This document shows positions 1 to 7,667 of a stretch of DNA of 64,000 bases, one piece after another. The DNA comes from Spirochaetota bacterium (GTDB lineage: Bacteria; Spirochaetota; UBA4802; UBA5368). Under the pieces are notes generated by a model that was given only the letters and a program-made list of their open reading frames with translations, searched no databases and was not told where the DNA came from. A program made the translations under genes and the position numbers. Within the stretch, counting starts at the first letter, position 1. Every line of letters starts with the position of its first letter. The DNA lies in assembly GCA_025457965.1 (NCBI GenBank), contig JALOTJ010000009.1:2961-66960 (forward strand), written 5' to 3'.

Positions 1-109
1 TGAATATCTTCTCGAGGCGCCTGATCTCCATCCCGTTCCCGGTGGCGGGAAAGCCGTTCGGCAGGGAGTCAGGCACCCCGGCGAGCCGCCTGTATACATT
101 CTCCTCCAT
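1..109 (-). CDS. partial CDS, first 36 codons only (hypothetical; N-terminus reminiscent of Fe-S/ferredoxin-domain proteins)
   Basis: Hand translation of the minus strand from ATG 109..107 gives MEENVYRRLAGVPDSLPNGFPATGNGMEIRRLEKIF, open to the window edge. AAGGTGGG SD-like motif lies just upstream. Too short to appear in the ORF track. Confidence 0.4.
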   Translation of the reverse strand, partial: MEENVYRRLAGVPDSLPNGFPATGNGMEIRRLEKIF

Positions 110-238
110 CGTCCCACCTTTCGGGATCCATCCTCTGCCCGGTCACGAAAATTAAGGTATGCGCTGTCCATATATGCACCCGATTTATTGCCGGAGGTTC
201 ATGCCCCGACGGCCGGCACCGGTACGCGGGTAAAAGAC

Positions 239-266
239 TTGAATTACCCCCGCGCCCCTGTAGAAT
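239..266 (+). promoter_or_regulatory. sigma70-like promoter candidate for the racemase gene
   Basis: TTGAAT (239-244), 16-nt spacer, TAGAAT (261-266), about 80 nt upstream of ATG 347. Confidence 0.4.
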
Positions 267-346
267 TCACCCTGTCGTTTTTCCCAGGGCGCATGCGGTA
301 TGATCCATTGTACCGTGGCGGAAATCTCAATAAAAGGCGGACGAAC

Positions 347-1675
347 ATGATCCCCATCCGGCACATTATCCTCGGCACGGCGATCGTCTTATTCACCTCT
401 CCCGCTTTTCCTGAGACCCCTCCCCTCACGGATGCGCAGCTCGAGAGCGCCATCGACGCCGCCGCGGCTCGCTTTCAGCGTGTGCCTTCGGCCGGCGCCT
501 GTCCTAGCTTCGTCGAGGTGGACGCGGGCGCGTTCACGAAGAATATAAAGACCATGAAGACGATGATAGGCCCCGGCACGAAGCTCTGCCTGGTGATGAA
601 ATCCGACGCCTACGGGCACGGCCTGGAAAACCTGATCGCCGCGGCCGTCAAAGCGGGGCCTGACTACATAGCCCTCGTCGAAAACCGCGAGATCGCCGCG
701 GCCACCGGCTACATGCGCGCCTCGGGTAAAAAGGTCCCGATCCTGAGAATAGCCCCGGCCAGCCTTGATGAAGCGGTCGAGGCGGTCGTGAAGGGGTGGA
801 ATGTGGAGGAGATGGCCGGCTCCGCCGAGCAGGGCTCACTACTCTCGTCCGTGGCGCTGCGGCTGGGCAGGAAAACAGGCAGGCGAGTGACGATACCCAT
901 CCACGTCAATATCGACACTGGGATGGGCAGGATGGGCGCGGCTACCGCGGACGAGGTCAAAAAGATTATAGCCCTTCCCGGCCTCCGGCTGATGGGCATC
1001 ATGACGCACTTTGCCCAGTCCGACGATCCCACGGAGGCCGGTAAGAAACGGACGCTCGAACAGGTGAGGCGTTTCGAAGACATGGTGGGGAAGCTGGGGG
1101 TCGGAGCGGACGTCATCATCCATACCGCCAACTCGGCCGCGACCAGCAAGTTCCCGTGGACCTGGAAAAACATGGTCCGGGTGGGGAGCCTCATCTACGG
1201 GGACGTAAACGCGGACACTGACCCGAAAGGGCTGTTCCTCCCCGTCATGGCGTCGCTGAAGTCCACGGTGGCCATTATCCTTCGCGACGTTCCGCCCGGG
1301 ACAACCGTGGGATACGACAGCATATTCAGGACGCGGGAGGGGCGGAGCTCCACGCTGGCCGCCGTGAGGGTCGGCTACAACAACGGCTACCCTAAAGACG
1401 CCTTCGTCAACGGCACCGAGGTGCTGATCGGCGGCCGCCGGTATCCGGCCGTGGGCAAGACATCCATGAATCTCCTCGTGGTGGACATAACGGACGGAGA
1501 CCCGTCGCGCTCGGTCCGGATCGGCGACGAGGTGGTATTGATGGGCAGGCAGGGAGACGAGGCCATCACCATGGAGGAGCTGGCATCCCGGAACAAGCTC
1601 ACGAGCTACGAGATGCTGCTGAGGCTCGGGAAAAACAACCGCATAAAAGTCATCCGGCAGGGCGGAGCGGATTAG
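347..1675 (+). CDS. alanine racemase family PLP enzyme with N-terminal signal peptide (periplasmic/broad-spectrum racemase-like)
   Basis: ORF 188-1675 starts at TTG. The internal ATG 347 exposes a signal-like N-terminus MIPIRHIILGTAIVLFTSPAFPE. PLP-lysine motif VMKSDAYGHG and GKTSMNLLVVD are typical of the alanine racemase family. Confidence 0.85.
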   Translation: MIPIRHIILGTAIVLFTSPAFPETPPLTDAQLESAIDAAAARFQRVPSAGACPSFVEVDAGAFTKNIKTMKTMIGPGTKLCLVMKSDAYGHGLENLIAAAVKAGPDYIALVENREIAAATGYMRASGKKVPILRIAPASLDEAVEAVVKGWNVEEMAGSAEQGSLLSSVALRLGRKTGRRVTIPIHVNIDTGMGRMGAATADEVKKIIALPGLRLMGIMTHFAQSDDPTEAGKKRTLEQVRRFEDMVGKLGVGADVIIHTANSAATSKFPWTWKNMVRVGSLIYGDVNADTDPKGLFLPVMASLKSTVAIILRDVPPGTTVGYDSIFRTREGRSSTLAAVRVGYNNGYPKDAFVNGTEVLIGGRRYPAVGKTSMNLLVVDITDGDPSRSVRIGDEVVLMGRQGDEAITMEELASRNKLTSYEMLLRLGKNNRIKVIRQGGAD

Positions 1676-1728
1676 CGCTCACGCCGTTCGTCATGCACGT
1701 CCATTTTCAATAGACGAAGGAGATCGCC

Positions 1729-1905
1729 ATGGAATTCCACGAGCTGTTGATGAAACGCCGTTCCATCCGGGACTTTCAGGATAAAGAGGTTCCGGCGGGC
1801 ATCATCAGGCAGATCATCACGAAGTCACGCCTGGCGCCCAGCTCGGGCAACGGCCAGCCCCGGGAGTTCAATAAATACATAGGGAACTGCGTCTCCCTAC
1901 GATAA
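1729..1905 (+). pseudogene. truncated nitroreductase-family gene (N-terminal about 45 codons retained)
   Basis: ATG 1729 follows GAAGGAG. MEFHELLMKRRSIRDFQDKEVPAGIIRQIITKSRLAPSSGNGQP matches the nitroreductase N-terminal signature (RRSIRxF ... APS..N.QP). Similarity stops near 1868, where repeat-associated sequence begins. Stop at 1903-1905 gives 58 codons instead of the roughly 170-220 expected. Confidence 0.65.
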
Positions 1906-2050
1906 AAAGTTCGGGGGCATAACGCCGTTTATCAGAAGCTTCCCCTATGGGGAAGTCCTCTCCTTCCGGAAAAAAGTCCCTGACTGGGGCTTTTAAAATT
2001 TCCCCGTTCGGGATGCGGAACTCGGGCTGCTTTTGGGGCATGTCGGGCAT
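1887..2050 (-). repeat. intergenic repeat B, copy 1 (164 nt)
   Basis: Hand alignment to 5345-5509 shows 22 mismatches plus one 1-nt indel. Contains hairpin CTTCCCC-TAT-GGGGAAG and a GC hairpin plus T-run when read on the minus strand. Lies just downstream of the amidohydrolase stop. Confidence 0.85.
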
Positions 2051-2067
2051 GATCTCAACAATTAACA

Positions 2068-3594
2068 TTATACCACGATGCCGTCGTTCAGCGCCACCAC
2101 ACCCTCCTTCATAACCAGACGGATGTTCCGTACCGTTTGTATATTTTTAAGCGGGTCCCCATCGAGAACGATTAGATCGGCCTTTTTGCCCCGGGCGACG
2201 CTGCCGATGGACTCATCCATTCCCAGTATTTTCGCGTTGACCAATGTCGCCATCTTCAGCGTATCGGCCGCAGGAATGCCGGCATCCACAAAACGGATCA
2301 GTTCGTCCCCGTAACGACCGAAGAAACCGCTGTAATAGCCTCCCAGATCGGTTCCTATTCCCAGGTTTGCGCCGACCCGGTAAAGTTTCTTCAGATTGGC
2401 CACCTGGTTTTTATGCATGTCCATAAGATACTGCCGGTCAAACATCAGCTTTTTCCGCTCAACCATGGTGAGTTTTTTCTCTCCCTGGGAGATGGATTTT
2501 TTAAGCTGCAGTTTAATCTGCTTCACCGCTTCGGGTACGAGAAAATCCTTCCCCCGCTTCTCAACGAGCCCCAGAAGTTCCTCTTCCTTGAAGACATCGC
2601 CGTATGCCATGAGGGTTGCGTGTATGGACATGTTCCTGTTAATAAACATCTCAATATACCGGTCCGGAATGCCCCCATCCATCGGCATATGCTCCAGGGT
2701 GTGAAAGCCCAGGTCTACTCCCTTGATGAAACCCGACAGCAGCGGTTCGTGGAGGGCGCATTTTATGCCGTGACGTGTGCCGATTTCCAGAATGGCCCGG
2801 TAAGCTTCGTCGCTGTGATTGGGCAGCTTTCGGGAATTATATGAATAGGAATGCTCCTGATGGAGGGTCTTGAGCCACCGGGCCCCCTTTAGGATCATGT
2901 CCTCGCAGGCGGCCTTCACTTCCTCCTCCGACTGCGGGCGCTCGGCATAGTTCCCCCCCAGCAGCCATTTTATTACCGGGTTTGTAAAATAGGGGGCCTT
3001 TTCCGGGGCGCCGAGTTTTTCCCTTTCCCGTGCCGCTATGGGAGAAAGAGAACTGATCACCCGTGGCCCAGGTATTTCGTTCAGCTCGGCCATGCGGGAA
3101 AACTTTTTTATTTTTCCGGGAAAACCTCCCAGGTCACGCACCGTGGTGACCCCGCCCATAAGGCAGCTCTCAAAATTTTTCACCAGCTGGGCGTTCATCT
3201 GTCGAACCGCGTTAAGGTTGATGTCATACATGAAGGGCACTGTCATGTGCACATGGTTGTCGATAAACCCCGGCAGCAGCGTCATGCCCCTGAGGTCGGC
3301 GACACGGTACCCCTCAAGGGATCCAAGGCTTCCCTGCTTCACCACGTCCTTAATGACGCCGTCGCTTACCAGCACCGTGAGACCGTCATGCAGTTTTAAT
3401 GTGACCCCGTCGAACAAACGGCAGTTTTTCAGCACCAGGTTTTTAATAAACTCCGGCTTCCAGTTCGCCGGCGCGAAGCACCCCGTCAGTCCCGGAACAT
3501 TGGCGCCGGCAATCAGCAGGGCCGAGGCGCCCGCCGCTGTCAGTCCCAGAAATTCCCGCCGGGTCGACGGCTGTTCATCAAATATGTTTTTCAT
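2068..3594 (-). CDS. Tat-exported amidohydrolase-superfamily metal hydrolase
   Basis: 508-aa ORF with GGGAGG SD. Twin-arginine signal STRREFLGLTAAGASALL. HxH metal motif GFIDNHVHM. Confidence 0.85.
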   Translation of the reverse strand: MKNIFDEQPSTRREFLGLTAAGASALLIAGANVPGLTGCFAPANWKPEFIKNLVLKNCRLFDGVTLKLHDGLTVLVSDGVIKDVVKQGSLGSLEGYRVADLRGMTLLPGFIDNHVHMTVPFMYDINLNAVRQMNAQLVKNFESCLMGGVTTVRDLGGFPGKIKKFSRMAELNEIPGPRVISSLSPIAAREREKLGAPEKAPYFTNPVIKWLLGGNYAERPQSEEEVKAACEDMILKGARWLKTLHQEHSYSYNSRKLPNHSDEAYRAILEIGTRHGIKCALHEPLLSGFIKGVDLGFHTLEHMPMDGGIPDRYIEMFINRNMSIHATLMAYGDVFKEEELLGLVEKRGKDFLVPEAVKQIKLQLKKSISQGEKKLTMVERKKLMFDRQYLMDMHKNQVANLKKLYRVGANLGIGTDLGGYYSGFFGRYGDELIRFVDAGIPAADTLKMATLVNAKILGMDESIGSVARGKKADLIVLDGDPLKNIQTVRNIRLVMKEGVVALNDGIVV

Positions 3595-3661
3595 GGGTGC
3601 CTCCCATAATAAATAAATACATAGTAAACCGCGTCCCTTTAAATATCCAGGAATTTCCGAT

Positions 3662-3749
3662 TACTCTCCGGCGCAAGGCGCCTGACATACTACCCTATAT
3701 CGAAAGCGATTTCAAGGGGGAATCCAACCACTCCGGTAAAAAGCCCCTT
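3662..3749 (-). repeat. intergenic repeat A, copy 1 (88 nt)
   Basis: Aligns without gaps to 5221-5308 with 3 substitutions. Confidence 0.9.
3687..3715 (-). promoter_or_regulatory. sigma70-like promoter inside repeat A1, facing the amidohydrolase gene
   Basis: Minus strand reads TTGAAA (3715..3710), 17 nt, TAGTAT (3692..3687), followed by a GGCGCC-TTG-CGCC hairpin. Start codon at 3594. Confidence 0.45.
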
Positions 3750-4140
3750 GATGGGGGCCTTTATAATTCACGTCCCGGATGACCGGTTTCCGCTCGAACC
3801 TCCTCACCCTCCCGAAGGCGAGGCACTTCATCCTGAACATGTTGCCGTACACCTCGATGGCATCCGAGCTCCCGGCCTCCTGGCGGAGGTTGTCCGTGTT
3901 CGGGAAGGAATCCAGAATCTCAGCGAAGAGGGGAAGAAGCCGGTGCGCCTCGCGCTTGAGGGTACGCATGAGCCCTCCCGGGGTGCCTACCTCGACGGGG
4001 TCTATCCGGTCCCCGATGCCGCCCGCGTCGCGGAACGTCTAAATGCCGCTCTCGGCGGACACGCCCGCGCCGCACGAGGGGGACGCCATGACCGCTTTTC
4101 CCGGGACCGCCGCGGCTTCACGAAGCCCTCTCTCATCCAT
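3712..4140 (-). pseudogene. gene remnant of unknown family (in-frame TAG, 3' end replaced by repeat sequence)
   Basis: ATG 4140 has a strong GGAGGTG SD 5 nt upstream, directly after the AEC gene stop. Translation is MDERGLREAAAVPGKAVMASPSCGAGVSAESGI-TAG(4041..4039)-TFRDAGGIGDRIDPVEVGTPGGLMRTLKREAHRLLPLFAEILDSFPNTDNLRQEAGSSDAIEVYGNMFRMKCLAFG... The same frame runs into repeat A1 flanking sequence near 3780. Confidence 0.45.
3738..3758 (-). terminator. terminator-like hairpin plus T5 (minus strand) at the upstream edge of repeat A1
   Basis: Minus strand reads GCCCC-CATCAA-GGGGC-TTTTT. The stem is short (5 bp). Confidence 0.3.
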
Positions 4141-4179
4141 GGGACACCTCCGGTATTCGCCCGTCATTGAACGCCGTGC

Positions 4180-5133
4180 TCACGGCGAGAAATACCTCCC
4201 GAACAGCCATATGACCGCCGGCAGCGTGGCCGCGGAGGCGATGAAGCTCGAGACGATGAACTGGTTGGCGATGGCGCGGTTGCCTCCCTCCCGCTCGACC
4301 ACGATGGGGACGGCCGTCACCGGCGGCACCGCGCTCTGGATCACGAGCAGGAGGGCGACCTCGTAGGGGGGGCGGAGGACGACCAGCGCCGCGAGCGCGA
4401 TCATTGGGAACGCCAGGTTCTTGAAGAAGACGAACTTCAGGCACTCCACGACATAAAGAGCGCCCTTCCCCCTGAAGTCCACGTAGATGCTCCCGCCGAT
4501 TACGATCATGACGAGGGGGACGGACATCTCCCCGACGGCCTTCAGCGCGGATATCACGAACCCGGGCACGAACCGGTCAAGGCCCGTGAGCTTTATCGCC
4601 AGGGCGGCCACGGTGGCCAGCAGGATAGGGTTGAAGAGCTTGCCCGCGACCTCGCCGGGTCGCGGCATCTTCCGGAATCCATGAAAGAAAAACCAGTAGG
4701 TGTTGAAGAAGAACGCGGGGTAGAAGAGCGTGAAGAGAAACAGTTCCGCCAGGTGCGGTGTGTCGCGCCCGAACATACCCGTTATCAGGGCCAGGGGCAC
4801 GAAAATCGCGTTGGGGTAGAACAGGCTGACGCCGAACACGGTCCGGGTCTCACTCCGGGACACCCTCATCGCCAGGAGGGTGAGCGGCAGCATGAAGGCC
4901 ATGAATCCCGCCCACCACAGGGGCATGGCCCACCAGAGAGGGAATTTGGCCGGATCGAAATGGGTCAGCATGTTGCCGACCACCAGGCACGGCACCGCCA
5001 CTTCGATCGCAAGGGGGGTGATGACGGAGATAATGCTCTCGGGCACCATCTTTCGCGCAAGGACCGTGAAGCCTATTACGCCGATCCCCAGCAGCACCGC
5101 GACGGATTCGAAGGTGACGGTGAAGAGTTCCAT
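4180..5133 (-). CDS. AEC (auxin efflux carrier) family permease
   Basis: Polytopic membrane ORF with AEC-like blocks LFNPILLATVAALAIKLTG, SVPLVMIVIGGS and QSAVPPVTAVPIVVEREGGN. Start is ambiguous: GVTG-type start at 5160 in the ORF track versus ATG 5133 (MELFTV...). Confidence 0.75.
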   Translation of the reverse strand: MELFTVTFESVAVLLGIGVIGFTVLARKMVPESIISVITPLAIEVAVPCLVVGNMLTHFDPAKFPLWWAMPLWWAGFMAFMLPLTLLAMRVSRSETRTVFGVSLFYPNAIFVPLALITGMFGRDTPHLAELFLFTLFYPAFFFNTYWFFFHGFRKMPRPGEVAGKLFNPILLATVAALAIKLTGLDRFVPGFVISALKAVGEMSVPLVMIVIGGSIYVDFRGKGALYVVECLKFVFFKNLAFPMIALAALVVLRPPYEVALLLVIQSAVPPVTAVPIVVEREGGNRAIANQFIVSSFIASAATLPAVIWLFGRYFSP

Positions 5134-5220
5134 GGCGCTGTACCTGCGCCCAGTGTACACACGGAGGCGCCTTTTTCAAGCGGAATTCTGGAGAGTTCGC
5201 TCGCTTCCGAATTCGCCTTT

Positions 5221-5308
5221 TACTCTCCGGCACAAGGCGCCTGACATACTACCCTATATCGAAAGCGATCTCAAGGGGGAATCCAACCACTCCGGCAAAA
5301 AGCCCCTT
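5221..5308 (-). repeat. intergenic repeat A, copy 2 (88 nt)
   Basis: 3 substitutions relative to 3662-3749. Lies upstream of the AEC permease start. Confidence 0.9.
5246..5274 (-). promoter_or_regulatory. sigma70-like promoter inside repeat A2, facing the AEC permease gene
   Basis: Minus strand reads TTGAGA (5274..5269), 17 nt, TAGTAT (5251..5246). Confidence 0.4.
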
Positions 5309-5344
5309 AGAACAGTGGCCGCTTAAAATTTAACATATAGGATA

Positions 5345-5509
5345 CTGCGTCCCCCTTCGATAAAAAGTTCCGGAGCATAATTCCGTTTATCGGAAGCGCC
5401 TCCTTTGGAAACGTCCTTTCCTTCAGGAAAAAAGCCCCTGACTGGGGCCTTTAAAATTTCCCCGGTCGGGATGCGGAACTCGGGCTACTTCTGGGGCAAT
5501 GTCGGACAT
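5345..5509 (-). repeat. intergenic repeat B, copy 2 (165 nt)
   Basis: See copy 1. Lies downstream of the sulfatase stop and immediately next to repeat A2. Confidence 0.85.
5428..5448 (-). terminator. terminator-like hairpin plus T6 (minus strand) inside repeat B2, downstream of the sulfatase gene
   Basis: Minus strand reads GCCCC-AGTCA-GGGGC-TTTTTT. Confidence 0.4.
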
Positions 5510-5565
5510 ATAGCGTTCCTTGCTGAAATATCAATTACGAGTATAGATCGCGTCCCGCCGGTGCC

Positions 5566-6990
5566 CTACCTTCCTTTCTTCAATTTCTCCAGCAGGGCCT
5601 TCATGCGGGGAAGGAGCTTTTCCCCTTCGGGAGTGCCGTAGAGGTTCCTTTCCTCCCGTGGGTCCTCTTCCAGATCGAAGAGCCAGGGCTTCCTCCCCTT
5701 CCGGAATTCCACGTACTTGTACCGGTCGGTGCGCACGCCGACATACGTAGGTGTGGGCTCCGGATAGTAGTGCCAGAACTCGAGCATCCATGCCTTCCGG
5801 CCCTCCGCCCTGCCGTTACTGATCAGCGGGATGAGGCTCTCCCCGTCCATGTCGGCGGGGATTCCCACGCCGGCGATGTCCAGAAGCGTCGGTGCGATGT
5901 CGATGTTGAGGGCCATCGCCCTTCGGAGAGAGCCCGGGTCCGGGATGAGCCAGGGCGCCCGCACGATAAACGGCACCAGGATCACCTGCTCGTAGCTCTC
6001 CCGTATCCCGTGGTGCGCGTGCTCGCCCCAGGACATGCCGTTATCGCCCATGTATATAACCAGCGTATTGTCCCGCAATCCCTCCCGGTCAATGGCATCC
6101 AGCAGGCGGACGACCTCGCGATCCATGGCGGTGATGGTCTCGCAGTACCGACGGTACTGGTCGTAGTACGAGCCCATCATGATACCCTGGAAGACGTTGC
6201 GCCTGGTCTTTCCGAACCACCACGGATCGACAACTTTGGGAAGCGCCGATTTCACGTCCGCGTCCCTGTACATCCCGGCGATCCCCTCGGGCGAAGTGAA
6301 CGGGGGATGGGCAGGCCGGTGCGACAGGTAGATACAGAAGGGCTTGCGCGCGTTCCCGGCCCGACGGTGTTTTCCTCCCATGAACTCGACGGCCCAGTCG
6401 GTCACCTCCTCGGAGATGTACGATTTCCTCGAGGGCATGTCCTTCCCATTGACAATCAAAGGGCAATCGAAATACGAGCCCTGCCCCTCGCGGTAGGTGT
6501 ATGACACGAACAGGTCCAGGAAGGGCAGATCGGGCAGGCCCTTGCCCGGCATGTGCCATTTCCCGATAAACGCAGTGGCGTAACCGCTCCCGGCCAGGTA
6601 CTCGAGAAAGGTGGTCATCCTGTAATTCCAGGGCGTGTGGTTGTTCTTCACGCCGTGCCTGCCGGCGTATGCCCCGGTGAGGATGCTGGCCCGGGCGGGC
6701 GTGCACAGCGACGTAGTGTTGAAGGCGTTCTCGAACCGCACCCCCTCCCGGGCCAGCCGGTCCATGCCCGGCGTCTTGATGAACGGGTGCCCCGAGCAGC
6801 CCATGGCGTCCGCCCTGTGGTTGTCGCCCAGGATGAACACGATGTTCGGCTTCGCAGGCTTCTTCCGCGCCGGAACCGCAAGCCCGGGTAAGGCCAGCCC
6901 GGCCACGACGGCGCCTCCGGCGAGCTTCAGCAGTTTCCTGCGGCTTATAATGTCCGAAAGAATACCTTTACTCGCTTGATATTTCGACAT
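5566..6990 (-). CDS. Tat-exported Cys-type sulfatase (arylsulfatase family)
   Basis: Sulfatase signature CTPARASILTG (C-x-P-x-R). Twin-arginine signal SRRKLLKLAGGAVVAGLALPG. ATG 6990 is preferred (GAGGGGAGGGA SD) because the longer ORF-track start at 7095 would overlap the upstream gene. Confidence 0.9.
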   Translation of the reverse strand: MSKYQASKGILSDIISRRKLLKLAGGAVVAGLALPGLAVPARKKPAKPNIVFILGDNHRADAMGCSGHPFIKTPGMDRLAREGVRFENAFNTTSLCTPARASILTGAYAGRHGVKNNHTPWNYRMTTFLEYLAGSGYATAFIGKWHMPGKGLPDLPFLDLFVSYTYREGQGSYFDCPLIVNGKDMPSRKSYISEEVTDWAVEFMGGKHRRAGNARKPFCIYLSHRPAHPPFTSPEGIAGMYRDADVKSALPKVVDPWWFGKTRRNVFQGIMMGSYYDQYRRYCETITAMDREVVRLLDAIDREGLRDNTLVIYMGDNGMSWGEHAHHGIRESYEQVILVPFIVRAPWLIPDPGSLRRAMALNIDIAPTLLDIAGVGIPADMDGESLIPLISNGRAEGRKAWMLEFWHYYPEPTPTYVGVRTDRYKYVEFRKGRKPWLFDLEEDPREERNLYGTPEGEKLLPRMKALLEKLKKGR

Positions 6991-7022
6991 GGCGTCCCTC
7001 CCCTCTGACCTGATCTCTCTTT

Positions 7023-7589
7023 TCATATGCCGTACCCGAACAGCGCCCGGTAGCCGGCGAGAAAAATGACATAGAGATTTTCCCCCTTCCCCCACGCGTA
7101 GCCCGATACAACGGCGGCGACGCTGACGGCGATAAGGGCCAGGGACGCGGGCGTTACCCCCGTGACCGCCTCGCCCCGGCGCCGGAGGACGGTGCGGGCG
7201 ACGATGCCGCCTATGCCCATCTGCAGGGCCATGAAGCAGGTGAGCCAGAAATTGAGCGGGTTAAGATACCAGTATATGCTCTCCAGTATTCCATAGGACT
7301 CCAGCAGCAGCAGGTTCTCCTTCGTGGCCCAGATGAACGGGCTGATCGCCGAGGCGAGGACCCGCTCCCCCGGGGACGCGCCGCGTAAATACGAGACCGT
7401 GTACACGTAGAGCGTGCCGAAGGCGACCGAGAGAAAATAGGCGGTGCCGAATACCTTCGCGAGCGCCTGATGCAGGGCGTCGTTCTCGAGGCAGGCGGAG
7501 CCGAAATAGCCCGCCCACGACACCGCCATGACGGCGAAAACGGTCCCCGCCGGGTATAAAAAGCGATCCTTGAAATCAAGCTTCTTCAT
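7023..7589 (-). CDS. hypothetical integral membrane protein
   Basis: 188-aa ORF with several hydrophobic segments. GGGAGG SD before ATG 7589. No family recognised. Confidence 0.65.
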   Translation of the reverse strand: MKKLDFKDRFLYPAGTVFAVMAVSWAGYFGSACLENDALHQALAKVFGTAYFLSVAFGTLYVYTVSYLRGASPGERVLASAISPFIWATKENLLLLESYGILESIYWYLNPLNFWLTCFMALQMGIGGIVARTVLRRRGEAVTGVTPASLALIAVSVAAVVSGYAWGKGENLYVIFLAGYRALFGYGI

Positions 7590-7667
7590 GACTGCCTCCC
7601 TTCATTCTGGCGTTTTTCCGTCACACCGGGCTTAAGCCGGCCATTTCCCCACTCTCCGCCGAAAGGT

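Noticed and set aside
188-346. N-terminal extensions offered by the ORF track (also 30046-30252, 15557-15772, 25360-25458, 28854-28931, 19280-19342, 6991-7095, 10646-10732)
   Set aside because: In each case an internal ATG with a good SD gives a family-typical N-terminus or signal peptide. The extensions overlap promoters or neighbouring genes.
4039-4041. In-frame TAG as a possible pyrrolysine codon
   Set aside because: There is no resemblance to methylamine methyltransferases and no pyl genes in the window. The ORF is also 3'-truncated, so a nonsense mutation in a decaying gene is simpler.
1887-5509. Integron attC / gene-cassette array interpretation of the intergenic repeats
   Set aside because: I saw no integrase in the window, no GTTRRRY-type core sites at the repeat ends, and no imperfect-palindrome attC architecture. 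One repeat type also lies upstream of genes rather than downstream. It is kept only as a loose analogy.
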